Assembly: GCA_902767015.1 (NCBI GenBank)
Contig: CACXFV010000003.1
Span: 873-64,872 of the forward strand
Direction: 5' to 3'
Length of the DNA stretch: 64,000 nt
DNA from: an uncultured Lachnospiraceae bacterium
GTDB lineage: Bacteria > Bacillota > Clostridia > Lachnospirales > Lachnospiraceae
In this document: positions 27,021-37,163 of the stretch, in pieces
Layout of the letters: each line of letters opens with the position of its first letter
Position numbering within the stretch: the stretch's first letter is position 1
The notes under the pieces: generated by a model
Databases searched by the model: none
Seen by the model: the letters and a program-made list of their open reading frames with translations, nothing else
Told to the model about the DNA's origin: nothing
Translations under genes and position numbers: made by a program

Positions 27021-30000
27021 CTATAATTTACTGATATTATCAATGATTCCCAATAATTCCTTTTTATATTCCTCAATCTCACTGATTTTTTTAGTAGGTG
27101 TATACATAAAATACGGCACTGCCTCCTGAACAAATTTCATTCTTCCCTTATATTGTTCGATAAATGCCGGAATATTGTCTGTACGGATTTCTGCATTCTG
27201 ATAGAGGCCTATCTTGAATTTACCTCCGATTTCTGTTATTTCTGTAATCCATGCTTTATGTGCCAATGCCTTAATCTCGGCAATAGTCATAAGATTAATC
27301 ACATTTTTAGGAATCTCTCCAAAACGATCCGTGAGCTCATCAATCATATCGCTATAATCTTCTTCTGTCTGCACACCAGCAATCTCTTTATAGACATTAA
27401 TCTTCTGTGTCTCGTTTTTAATATAAGAATTAGGAATATAGGCATCAAGACTGAAGTCAAGCTTCGTCTCATAATCATCATAGGTCTTTTCTCCCTTCAT
27501 GGACTGAACAGCCTCGTTTAACAGCTTACAATACAAATCATATCCCACCGCCAGCATGTGTCCGTGTTGTTCGGCACCCAGCACATTTCCGGCACCTCTG
27601 ATTTCCAAATCCCGCATTGCAATCTTAAAGCCACTTCCAAGCTCCGTAAATTCTCTGATGGCATGAAGTCTCTTTTCCGCTGCCTCCCGCAGCATCTTAT
27701 CCCTCTTATACATCAAAAATGCATAGGATGTTCTGCTGCTACGTCCCACACGGCCTCTTAACTGATATAGCTGTGACAGTCCAAAATTGTCCGCATCATG
27801 TATGATAATCGTGTTTACGTTTGGTATGTCAAGACCTGTCTCTATAATAGTGGTGGCCACAAGGACATCAATCTCTCCCTCGATGAAATCATACATTATC
27901 TGCTCTAATTTTCTCTCGTTCATCTGCCCGTGAGCATAGACAACATTTGCCTCTCCCACCAGTTTGGCAACATGTGAGGCGATTTCCTCAATATTATTCA
28001 CGCGATTGTAGACATAGTATACCTGCCCTCCCCGCGCCAGTTCACGATGAATGGCTTCACGCACCATCTCATCATCATATTCCATCACATAAGTCTGAAT
28101 CGGAAGACGGTCTACCGGCGGTTCTTCCAGAACGCTCATGTCTCTGATGCCGGCAAGGCTCATGTGCAGAGTTCTCGGAATCGGTGTTGCCGTAAGCGTC
28201 AGGACATCCACGTTTTTTTTCAACTGCTTTAATTTTTCCTTATGAGTTACCCCGAAGCGCTGCTCTTCATCCACCACCAGCAGGCCAAGGTCTTTATACA
28301 CGATATCCTTGCCGAGAAGCTTATGGGTTCCTATGACAATATCCACCTCACCATTACGCAATCCCTCTTTTGTCATTCTGACACCTGCCGGTGTCCGAAA
28401 ACGTGACAACATCTCTATCCTGATAGGATATTCCTTCATTCTCTGCAGAAATGTATTGTAATGCTGCTGCGCGAGAATGGTCGTAGGCACTAGCACTGCC
28501 ACCTGTTTTCCGTCCATTACCGCCTTAAAAGCCGCCCTGATGGCAATCTCCGTTTTTCCGTACCCTACATCTCCACAGATTAATCTGTCCATAATCTTTT
28601 CGCTTTCCATATCCTTCTTGGTATCTTCAATAGCTGTCATCTGGTCATAGGTTTCTTCATACGGAAAAAGCTCTTCGAACTCTCTCTGCCAAACGGTATC
28701 TTTCCCAAACATGAATCCCTTGCTGTTCTGTCTCGCCGCATAGATTTCTACTAAGTCCTTTGCGATATCTTTAACGGCCGCCTTTACCTTTGTCTTTGCT
28801 TTAATCCACTCCTGCGTACCTAATTTATTAATCTTAGGCGGTTTTGCCTCTCCTCCCGCATATTTCTGTATCATATCGAGCTGGGTCGCCAATATATAAA
28901 GATTGCTGTTATCTGCATACTCAATCTTAATGTAATCTTTGTATACATGATCCACCTCTATCTGCTCTATCCCTCTGTATATGCCGAGACCATGATTCTC
29001 ATGAACGACATAATCTCCTATATTCAACTGGGCAAAATTCTGAATTTTGCTGCCGGTATACTGTTTTTTCTTTCTCCTCTTTTTTGCTTTTTCCTTTCCG
29101 AAAATATCAGACTGTGTTATGACGACAAATTTTTGGAGAGGGTACTCAAAGCCACTGTGAATATTGCCGTAAGAAACCATAATCTCCCTGTCATGAAGCT
29201 CTCTGTCAAGATTTTCATGATAAAATGCTTCAAGCTCATAGTCTCTGATATTTTCAGCCAGTCTCTCCGCCCTCGTTCGTGAATTTGTCAGCAATAAAAT
29301 CTTATAACCCTTTTTCTTATATATCTTTAAATCCTTGATGAGAAGCTCGAAACTGCTGTTGTAAGAGGTAATGTTTCTCATCTCATGATAAAAAGTCTCA
29401 TATATCTCAAATTCTTTCACCTTCTGCTGTAAGGTGGTAAATACCACTGCCTTTTTCTGTGATATATCAAAAATAACTTTCTCATAACCGGTAATCACAT
29501 TCATCTGGCCGGCAAGGATATATCCCTTTTCCAGTCTGCTAATCATACTTTCCCGAAATTCTTTTTCTACCTGCTCACTGCGCTCCCGCAGTCTTGCCGG
29601 CTCATCTAACACGTACAGTACCTCTTTCTCAGCCAGATAGCCGGTCAATGACGACATGCTTTCATAAAAGTAATTCACATAGCTGTCAATGGAGACAGAA
29701 AAGCGTTCATACCGCAGTTGCTCTGTCAATTCACTGATGATGGTTTTGATTCTGTGTGCCTCCTCTGTCTTCATCTGCTTTCTGTAAGTCCCGGATACCT
29801 CTTCCATTTCGGCTGTAATGCGCTTAATTCCGCTTAATAGTCTGTCTTCCTCCAGTATATACTCTGTGGCAGGATAGATGGTAATCTCTCTGATATTTTC
29901 AATAGAGCGCTGACTCTCCACATCAAAGTATTTGATGGAATCAATCTCGTCATCCCACAGGTCAATTCTTACCGGCACCTCCTCTGTCACAGGAAATATA

Positions 30001-30542
30001 TCAAGAATCTCGCCACGTACAGCGTACTGTCCACGCATCTGTACCTGACTTACTCTCTCATATGCCATATTGCTCAGCTTTTCCTGAACAGACTTAAAAT
30101 CTATTCTGTCTGTATCTTTAAAATGAATGATATTATCTTTTATCACTTCAACCGGCACCAGCCAGTCCATAAGACCATCAATCGTAGTGATAATGGTACA
30201 CGGTTCGTCTTCTATAATCTTCTGAATCGTCTTCAGGCGCTCAATCAATGTCAGACTACCATGGACGTCAGCATTAAAGAATATAAAATCCTTCGCCGGA
30301 TAGTAGTATACATTTTTATTGTACAACAAATAGTCATCATAAATCTCTTTGGCGCGTATCTCGCTAAAAGTTATGATGACACTATATTGATATTGTTTTG
30401 TCAATGCATTCATGAAATTGACCTGTCCCGAACCGGTACAGCCCGTTATGCATAATGCTTTATTAGCAGGCACCTCATTCATTTTCTCCGTTAGTAACTG
30501 AAAATTCACGCTTTCTAAGAGAGCCGCTTCCAATGTGTTCAT
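27021..30542 (-). CDS. mfd: Transcription-repair coupling factor Mfd
   Basis: CarD-like RID domain (GDYVVHENHGLG), CGDVGYGKTE, VVDEEQRFG, QLRGRVGR, C-terminal TRCF domain. Confidence 0.97.
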   Translation of the reverse strand: MNTLEAALLESVNFQLLTEKMNEVPANKALCITGCTGSGQVNFMNALTKQYQYSVIITFSEIRAKEIYDDYLLYNKNVYYYPAKDFIFFNADVHGSLTLIERLKTIQKIIEDEPCTIITTIDGLMDWLVPVEVIKDNIIHFKDTDRIDFKSVQEKLSNMAYERVSQVQMRGQYAVRGEILDIFPVTEEVPVRIDLWDDEIDSIKYFDVESQRSIENIREITIYPATEYILEEDRLLSGIKRITAEMEEVSGTYRKQMKTEEAHRIKTIISELTEQLRYERFSVSIDSYVNYFYESMSSLTGYLAEKEVLYVLDEPARLRERSEQVEKEFRESMISRLEKGYILAGQMNVITGYEKVIFDISQKKAVVFTTLQQKVKEFEIYETFYHEMRNITSYNSSFELLIKDLKIYKKKGYKILLLTNSRTRAERLAENIRDYELEAFYHENLDRELHDREIMVSYGNIHSGFEYPLQKFVVITQSDIFGKEKAKKRRKKKQYTGSKIQNFAQLNIGDYVVHENHGLGIYRGIEQIEVDHVYKDYIKIEYADNSNLYILATQLDMIQKYAGGEAKPPKINKLGTQEWIKAKTKVKAAVKDIAKDLVEIYAARQNSKGFMFGKDTVWQREFEELFPYEETYDQMTAIEDTKKDMESEKIMDRLICGDVGYGKTEIAIRAAFKAVMDGKQVAVLVPTTILAQQHYNTFLQRMKEYPIRIEMLSRFRTPAGVRMTKEGLRNGEVDIVIGTHKLLGKDIVYKDLGLLVVDEEQRFGVTHKEKLKQLKKNVDVLTLTATPIPRTLHMSLAGIRDMSVLEEPPVDRLPIQTYVMEYDDEMVREAIHRELARGGQVYYVYNRVNNIEEIASHVAKLVGEANVVYAHGQMNERKLEQIMYDFIEGEIDVLVATTIIETGLDIPNVNTIIIHDADNFGLSQLYQLRGRVGRSSRTSYAFLMYKRDKMLREAAEKRLHAIREFTELGSGFKIAMRDLEIRGAGNVLGAEQHGHMLAVGYDLYCKLLNEAVQSMKGEKTYDDYETKLDFSLDAYIPNSYIKNETQKINVYKEIAGVQTEEDYSDMIDELTDRFGEIPKNVINLMTIAEIKALAHKAWITEITEIGGKFKIGLYQNAEIRTDNIPAFIEQYKGRMKFVQEAVPYFMYTPTKKISEIEEYKKELLGIIDNISKL

Positions 30543-30564
30543 ATCAATCTCCGTTTCTAATGAT

Positions 30565-31125
30565 TTAATTAAACTGATTCATCGCCTCTGCTATATCCTT
30601 TTCGAGCATCAGCGCTGTCGCCTTTGATGCCATCTCAAGTGCATCCGCTATCTTTGCCTTGTCCTGTCTGTCAAAGTGTCCCAGAACATAATCCACAAGG
30701 TCGTATCCATCGGGTTTCTCCCCTACACCGATTCGGATTCGTTTGAATTTTTCTGTTCCCAAATGAGCGATAATACTCTTAATTCCATTGTGTCCGCCGG
30801 CACTGCCCCTTGCCCGTATTCTCAGTCGTCCCACGTCAAGGCTGATGTCATCGTAGATTACAATGACCTCCTCCTCCGGATTCAGCTTATAGAAATCCAT
30901 CGCTTCCCGCAGCGCCTCTCCACTGTTATTCATAAATGTCTGTGGCTTCATCAGCATCACCTTTTCACCTGCAATGATTCCTTTGCCGCATAATGCCTTA
31001 TGCTTGTAGTTCTCTACAGAGATGCCGAAATCCTCTGCTATCCGGTCTATTGCCATAAAACCGACGTTATGTCTGGTACCCCGATACTGATTCGTCGGGT
31101 TTCCAAGTCCTGCTATTAATATCAT
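30565..31125 (-). CDS. pth: Peptidyl-tRNA hydrolase
   Basis: GLGNP, TRHNVGF, KPQTFMN, YDDISL, GGHNGIKS. Confidence 0.97.
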   Translation of the reverse strand: MILIAGLGNPTNQYRGTRHNVGFMAIDRIAEDFGISVENYKHKALCGKGIIAGEKVMLMKPQTFMNNSGEALREAMDFYKLNPEEEVIVIYDDISLDVGRLRIRARGSAGGHNGIKSIIAHLGTEKFKRIRIGVGEKPDGYDLVDYVLGHFDRQDKAKIADALEMASKATALMLEKDIAEAMNQFN

Positions 31126-31180
31126 TTTCTATCTCCTGCCTGTCATTTTCTGACTAAGTACTACTGCTAAATAATAACAT

Positions 31181-31215
31181 AATGGCTGCGGCATGTCAAA
31201 TATGCCACAGCCATT
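31181..31215. terminator. Terminator-like hairpin after spoVG
   Basis: AATGGCTGCGGCAT-GTCAAAT-ATGCCACAGCCATT. Confidence 0.6.
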
Positions 31216-31258
31216 AATCTTTGTTGCTATAGTGCTGCTATCCACAGATAACAACCAT

Positions 31259-31534
31259 CTATGATACTTCCTCTGCTACATCCTCTGTCTCTTCATACTT
31301 CTTTAGTATAAGTGACTGTATCTTCTCCCTTGTCTGCGAATTAATCGGGTGAGCAATATCACGATATTCTCCATCTGACGCTTTTCTGCTAGGCATTGCA
31401 ATAAATAATCCCTTCTCACCTTCTATCACTTTGATGTCATGAACTACAAATTCATCATCAATCGTGATTGACACTACTGCCTTCATTTTACCCTCTTTTG
31501 CTACTTTTCTGACTCTTACATCTGTAATCTGCAT
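31259..31534 (-). CDS. spoVG: Septation regulator SpoVG
   Basis: [10 protein letters not shown]...[23 protein letters not shown]...YRDIAHPIN. Confidence 0.97.
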   Translation of the reverse strand: MQITDVRVRKVAKEGKMKAVVSITIDDEFVVHDIKVIEGEKGLFIAMPSRKASDGEYRDIAHPINSQTREKIQSLILKKYEETEDVAEEVS

Positions 31535-31564
31535 ATCGTTTCACCTTTCCCAATACATTTAATA

Positions 31565-32686
31565 TTAAAGTCCATATCTTTCGTTCTTTTCTACTACTAT
31601 CTTTATCTCACCGTTACTGCCTACATGCGATGAATTTGCTCTTACCGTGTCATGGCTCTCCACAATACAGTTCTCAATGTATGTGTTATCGCCGATATAT
31701 ACATTGTTCAAAATAATAGAATTCTTAATAGTACAATTATTACCGATATATGCCTTCTTGAATAAAATAGAATTTTCTACTGTACCGTTAATGATACAAC
31801 CACTGCTTACCAGACTATTCTTAACTACAGAACCCGGATTATACTTTGCAGGCGGTAAATCATCCACCTTGGAATATACATCAGGATACTGCTTGAAGAA
31901 ATAATCTCTCACGCTCGGCTTTAAGAAATCCATATTCGTCTTAAAGTATGATTCCACTGTTGAAATATTGCTCCAATAAGAATTAAGCTTATAGCCATAT
32001 ATTCTCTTAACACTCTTGTACCGAAGCAGGATATCATTGACAAAATCATATCTGTCTTCTGCCGCACAATTCTCAATGAGTTCAATCAAAAGTCTTCTTC
32101 TGATTACATAGATACCTGTCGATATCGTCCTAGAGCTTGCTACAAGCGGCTTCTCCTCGAAATCTATGATTCTGGCTTCCTCATTCATCTTGACACAGCC
32201 AAATCTGCTGACATCACTATTCTCCGGGAAATCCTTGCATACCACCGTAATATCTGCTTTCTTCGCAATATGATATTCAAGAACCTTGTTATAATCTAAT
32301 TTATATACACCATCTCCCGAAGAAATAACAACATATGGTTCATGACTCTTTTTAAGAAAACTGATATTCTGATATATGGCATCTGCAGTTCCCTGATACC
32401 AGAAGCCGTTCTGCGCCGTGATGGATGGTGTAAATACATACAAGCCACCCTGCTTTCTACCGAAATCCCACCACTTAGATGAACTCAAATGTTCATTCAG
32501 TGATAATGCATTATACTGTGTAATCACTGCCACCTTCTGAATGTGCGAATTAGACATATTACTGAGTGTAAAGTCAATACTCCTGTAGCTTCCTGCTATC
32601 GGCATGGCTGCAATCGCACGCTTGTATGAAAGTTCTTTCATCTTGTTGTTATTACCGCCGGCTAAAATAATTCCTATCGCTCTCAT
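31565..32686 (-). CDS. glgD: Glucose-1-phosphate adenylyltransferase subunit GlgD
   Basis: ADP-glucose pyrophosphorylase fold with a degenerate GlgD-type N-terminus; overlaps the glgC stop. Confidence 0.93.
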   Translation of the reverse strand: MRAIGIILAGGNNNKMKELSYKRAIAAMPIAGSYRSIDFTLSNMSNSHIQKVAVITQYNALSLNEHLSSSKWWDFGRKQGGLYVFTPSITAQNGFWYQGTADAIYQNISFLKKSHEPYVVISSGDGVYKLDYNKVLEYHIAKKADITVVCKDFPENSDVSRFGCVKMNEEARIIDFEEKPLVASSRTISTGIYVIRRRLLIELIENCAAEDRYDFVNDILLRYKSVKRIYGYKLNSYWSNISTVESYFKTNMDFLKPSVRDYFFKQYPDVYSKVDDLPPAKYNPGSVVKNSLVSSGCIINGTVENSILFKKAYIGNNCTIKNSIILNNVYIGDNTYIENCIVESHDTVRANSSHVGSNGEIKIVVEKNERYGL

Positions 32687-33957
32687 CTTGCGTCACCTGC
32701 CTTAATAATATATTCGCCGCTCTCAAGTACACCGTTCATATAATCCTCCGCCACGGTATTTCCTGATATCGCAACATTCTTGCCAATTCTCACACCATTC
32801 GGTATTGTTGAATTTTCTCCTACAGTCACAAGACCACTATTATAAATCTTAGCATCTAACTTGCTAGGTCTCTCATCACCAAATCCCATCGAAACATCGT
32901 TACCTACTCTGACATTCTCGGCAATAATGGCATGCTCTATTCTGGTGTTCCTGCCAATGTCGGTATTCTTCATGATAATAGAATCTCTCACAACAGCTCC
33001 TTCTTCGATGGTAACACCTGCTCCTATCACCGAATTGTATACTTCTCCATATACCTCCGTACCTTCACTGATGATACTGCGTTCTATATGTGCCTTGTCC
33101 GATATATACTGCGGTGGCAATATATCACTCTTCGTATATATTCTCCAAAATTCTTCATATAAGTTAAACACAGGAATAAGGCTGATTAACTCCATATTTG
33201 CTTCCCAGTAAGAAGATAATGTTCCAACATCCTTCCAGTAACCGCTGAACTCGTAAGCAAATAACCTCAGTTTCTTCTCATGACAATACGGAATAATGTG
33301 CTTACCAAAATCACAATTACTTACATCAGACATCTTAATTAATGCCTCTCTGAGTACCGGCCAATTAAAAATATAGATACCCATAGATGCAAGATTACCT
33401 CTCGGATGCTCCGGCTTTTCCTCAAACTCTGTAATCTTATTATCCTCATCGGTAAGAACGATACCGAAACGGCTTGCCTCCTCATAAGGAACAGACATCG
33501 CCGCAATCGTAACATTTGCATTATTCGCCTTATGGTAATCAAGCATTACCTCATAGTCCATCTTATAAATATGGTCACCTGACAGTATCAATACGTAGTC
33601 AGGATTATACGAATCAATGTAATCCAAATTCTGATATATTGCATTAGCCGTACCTGTGTACCACTCGCTATTACCACTCCTCTCATAAGGAGGCAATACA
33701 GTAACACCACCAATGTTTCTATCCAAATCCCATGGAATACCGATTCCAATATGCGCATTAAGTCTCAATGGCTGGTACTGTGTCAAAACACCTACAGTAT
33801 CCACCCCCGAATTAATGCAGTTGCTAAGTGGGAAATCAATGATTCTATACTTACCACCAAAGGCTACCGCCGGTTTAGCTACCTTGGCTGTCAGAACACC
33901 TAATCTGCTTCCCTGTCCACCTGCCAGCAACATGGCAATCATTTCTTTCTTAATCAC
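32683..33957 (-). CDS. glgC: Glucose-1-phosphate adenylyltransferase GlgC
   Basis: [43 protein letters not shown]. Confidence 0.96.
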   Translation of the reverse strand: MIKKEMIAMLLAGGQGSRLGVLTAKVAKPAVAFGGKYRIIDFPLSNCINSGVDTVGVLTQYQPLRLNAHIGIGIPWDLDRNIGGVTVLPPYERSGNSEWYTGTANAIYQNLDYIDSYNPDYVLILSGDHIYKMDYEVMLDYHKANNANVTIAAMSVPYEEASRFGIVLTDEDNKITEFEEKPEHPRGNLASMGIYIFNWPVLREALIKMSDVSNCDFGKHIIPYCHEKKLRLFAYEFSGYWKDVGTLSSYWEANMELISLIPVFNLYEEFWRIYTKSDILPPQYISDKAHIERSIISEGTEVYGEVYNSVIGAGVTIEEGAVVRDSIIMKNTDIGRNTRIEHAIIAENVRVGNDVSMGFGDERPSKLDAKIYNSGLVTVGENSTIPNGVRIGKNVAISGNTVAEDYMNGVLESGEYIIKAGDAR

Positions 33958-34273
33958 GCTATCACCTCGCTGTAAATTTTATGCAATTATTATAACATAT
34001 ATTGTAAAAACTTTAAACTGTTTTTGCATTTTTATTAAAAATTTTTTTATTTTTTTGCTAAATAACGTTTTTATTGTGATATTGCACAAAAATTTTATTA
34101 TTATTTATCTAATTTTACAAATATTGTCTCTGTTCGGAAATACCATATGTTGTTATTATTTATATGCATATTTTTGCATTAATATTCATGTATTTGTTCC
34201 ATAAACCAATACCCCTTCTTTATTAACATTTACATAAAAAGGATAATTTGTTACCCACTTTTTAAATTTTGTA

Positions 34274-34328
34274 TTGACGAACAAACAGTGCCTAAAGTAT
34301 AATAGTAAAATCAATAATAGTTATTATT
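34274..34328 (+). promoter_or_regulatory. Sigma-A promoter plus a downstream AT-rich palindrome (possible Fur/PerR autoregulatory operator)
   Basis: TTGACG-N18-TATAAT (34274-34303); AATAATA-GT-TATTATT (34313-34328). Confidence 0.55.
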
Positions 34329-34351
34329 ATATATTTGAATGGAGTGGCGAT

Positions 34352-34765
34352 ATGAATCATACTACAAGGACATTGAACAGAAGCAAACAGCGCGATGCTA
34401 TCTTTAATTATATTATCACTCACAAGACGCATCCGACTGCGGACGATATCTATAACGATATACGAAAGGATTTTCCTAATATAAGTCTTGGCACAGTGTA
34501 CAGGAATCTTACTCTGCTTACGGAACTGGGCAGTATTAAAAAGCTGTCCTATGGCGATGCCGCAGAGCATTTTGACGGTGACATCACCCCACACAATCAT
34601 TTTATCTGCAATACCTGTGGCAGTATTACTGATTTGCAGATGGAGAATATCGACTTTGTGGATGAAGCTGCCTCCAGGAATTTTGACGGAAAAATTGCGG
34701 GACATAATATTTATTTTTATGGCACCTGTCCTTCCTGCCTGCAGAATATCCACCCGGAACACTAA
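34352..34765 (+). CDS. Fur-family repressor, PerR-like
   Basis: HPTADDIY, ISLGTVYRNL, FD...HNHFICNTC..ITD and CPSC give the PerR-type H/D/H/H/D metal ligands plus two CxxC motifs. Start 34352 after GGAG. Confidence 0.88.
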   Translation: MNHTTRTLNRSKQRDAIFNYIITHKTHPTADDIYNDIRKDFPNISLGTVYRNLTLLTELGSIKKLSYGDAAEHFDGDITPHNHFICNTCGSITDLQMENIDFVDEAASRNFDGKIAGHNIYFYGTCPSCLQNIHPEH

Positions 34766-34994
34766 GTATACACATAAAGTCAGGAGTATTATGTAAGCAG
34801 GCATTAATGCCTGCCAATCTATTTAAAGCACCGGCTGCATTGCATGTATGGTTAAGCTGCCCTGCCTCCGAATGCGGATTTTTATTACAGAAATATTTTA
34901 CTGGTAATATTATATAAAATCCTGCCCTAAATAGTTCCAACATTATCATTTAATTTTCTAACCCATCTTTCAAACAGGAATCTCCCTGCTTTTT

Positions 34995-35909
34995 TTAGCG
35001 GAGATAATCCAGTGGATCACAAGGTTGTCCGTCTTTGGTCACCTCATAGTAAATATTTGGTCCTTCATTCTTATAGTATCTGGTAACTTCTCCCACTACA
35101 CCTATAATGGTAGCAGGCTCTACCACAGTTCCCGCTGTCACATTAATATTGTCAAGCTGTCCATAGGTAATTTCATAACCACTTCCTATTCCAACCACAA
35201 CATATTTTCCAATCTCATCATTTGCCGACACCTCTTTGACAACACCGTTCACTCCGGCACATACATTTGCGCCATTTTCACTCTGTATGACAATGGCAGG
35301 ATTGCACCGGTAACTATCTAAGGTCGGAAAATATATTGTACTGTCCATGCTGTAATCAAGGATGACATTTCCTCGTACAGGCCATTCCAGTGTATCACTT
35401 TCATTAAATGAATAACCTGCTACCATCGCTGCCACATCAGCTGCAACGCTTTCCTCCTCATTAATTTCAGGAGCAGGTGTGCTTTCCTCATTATTTACAT
35501 CACCCGCCACAGCTTGCGCCGTGCCGAAATCAGCAATATTGTCAACTGTCGTATTTTCCGTTTCACCTGTCTGTCCACTATTAACCACTGCAATATTCTC
35601 CGTCGGTGTATCATCTAAAACAGTCTCACCTTCTGTGGCTTTACTGCTATCGGTGGTAGTATGTTCTTCGTTTTCCTCCTCACTGTCTTTTTCCTCTGCG
35701 GGCTGCTTGGAAGCATTATTATCCGTATTCTTTTTGACATTGTTCAAATCCACCACATCCTCTGTACTTCTCTCATTTCTATCTGACCTTTTGTTAAGAG
35801 ATACTACTCCTATCGTAATTGCTGCCAGACAAATAAGTCCTGCAAATGCAGCAATGATAATACCTCTTACATTTTTGTTTTTTCCTACATAGCCTAAATT
35901 ATCTTTCAC
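34995..35909 (-). CDS. SpoIIQ-like membrane-anchored M23/LytM-domain protein (zinc ligands degenerate)
   Basis: One TM helix, acidic linker, LytM fold (WPVRG, YGQL, DPLDY); directly downstream of a spoIID-like gene. Confidence 0.75.
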   Translation of the reverse strand: MKDNLGYVGKNKNVRGIIIAAFAGLICLAAITIGVVSLNKRSDRNERSTEDVVDLNNVKKNTDNNASKQPAEEKDSEEENEEHTTTDSSKATEGETVLDDTPTENIAVVNSGQTGETENTTVDNIADFGTAQAVAGDVNNEESTPAPEINEEESVAADVAAMVAGYSFNESDTLEWPVRGNVILDYSMDSTIYFPTLDSYRCNPAIVIQSENGANVCAGVNGVVKEVSANDEIGKYVVVGIGSGYEITYGQLDNINVTAGTVVEPATIIGVVGEVTRYYKNEGPNIYYEVTKDGQPCDPLDYLR

Positions 35910-35971
35910 TACTACACCAATCCTTTCATTTATTAAATTCTGCTTTTTGAATAAATTGAAACGTATAGTAG

Positions 35972-36000
35972 TAGTCTTCCCACAAAAAAAATAAATATTC
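35972..36000 (-). promoter_or_regulatory. Possible sigma-F promoter
   Basis: Minus strand GAATA-N14-GGGAAGACTA; the -10 matches GGNNANANTR. Confidence 0.4.
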
Positions 36001-36008
36001 TTTAATTT

Positions 36009-36977
36009 TTAATCGTGTATATCCACACCGGTATAGTAATAGCTTAAAATCTCCTTATAATTTTTTCCCTCCTCCGCCATTTTTCCTGCACCGTATAAGC
36101 TCATGCCTTTTCCGTTTCCGACACCCTTTGATACAAATTTAAAACCATCGGCAAAAGGTTCGACCGTAAATGCCTGTGATGGAAGCTCAAATAATTGTTG
36201 CCACTCATCAATGCCTATCTCTTTTTCTCCCACCTTAACCTTTGCCACATATTCACTGTTTTCCACATATTCCGGACAAATCCCCTCTGCAAGAGACTCC
36301 AACGGAATATCCCCATCCATGATTGCGGTCAATTTTTCCGCAACATTATCTACCGTAAAATACATTACTCTCATATAATCTTCCGATTCCATGTCCCACT
36401 TCGATTCCACGCTTTTCAGGTAAGCAAATTCTCCGTTATTTGTCATTCCCGCACTCAGTTCATGATAATATGGAAATATCGGTTCTCCCTCAAAATAAAT
36501 GACCTCTCTGTTAGTTTCCTCCAGCAATTTCATCGTGTGATTGTACTTTACCTCATATTTTTTTCCCCATTTTTTTTCAAGCTCACCATATGTTGTGAAG
36601 GGAAGTCCGAGATTTTCATTTTTAATGCTGTCAACTGTGCCGTCTTGCTGTCCGCTTTCCTTATTTTTCTCATTTAACCGATAAACTATGTATGTTCTTA
36701 TGATGACCGCCATTGCTTTTAACTGCTCATCACTGTAATCCTGCGGCATAATGGAATATAACACCAGTGGAATAAATTCTTCTATATCAATTTTTGTATT
36801 CTCTCCATTATTGGAAATCACTACATATTTACCATATGATTGGGGACGATAGATTCTGATGGCTGATTTTTTAAAATTAAAAATGGTACAAAAATACGGA
36901 AATAAAACGGATATCGCCGTAACAGACACAATTACGATAATATTCAACCGATATTTTAATAATAATCTTTTATGCAT
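36009..36977 (-). CDS. spoIID: SpoIID/LytB-domain protein (catalytic Glu apparently substituted)
   Basis: IEEF..LVLYSIMP..YSDEQLKAMAVIIRTY and GVGNGKGMSLYGA..MA..GK.YKEILSYYY align to the SpoIID motifs. Confidence 0.8.
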   Translation of the reverse strand: MHKRLLLKYRLNIIVIVSVTAISVLFPYFCTIFNFKKSAIRIYRPQSYGKYVVISNNGENTKIDIEEFIPLVLYSIMPQDYSDEQLKAMAVIIRTYIVYRLNEKNKESGQQDGTVDSIKNENLGLPFTTYGELEKKWGKKYEVKYNHTMKLLEETNREVIYFEGEPIFPYYHELSAGMTNNGEFAYLKSVESKWDMESEDYMRVMYFTVDNVAEKLTAIMDGDIPLESLAEGICPEYVENSEYVAKVKVGEKEIGIDEWQQLFELPSQAFTVEPFADGFKFVSKGVGNGKGMSLYGAGKMAEEGKNYKEILSYYYTGVDIHD

Positions 36978-37163
36978 ATATCTATCTCCTCTTTTCTCAC
37001 TAATCTGTGTTATTTAAATATATGCACTGTGGACAAATATATTCACACCAGTTGTGCAGCAATCATTTTAAGTAGGTGGTATCTGACTGCAAATTATCGA
37101 CAAAAAAGTGTGCCACACGGGCACACTTTTTATGAAAGCTACATTTCTATATTTACCTGCTCA

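Noticed and set aside
34797-34814. Perfect 18-bp palindrome GCAGGCATTAATGCCTGC after the perR-like gene
   Set aside because: Most simply a terminator stem between convergent genes; no U tract and no other copies seen, so I did not call it.
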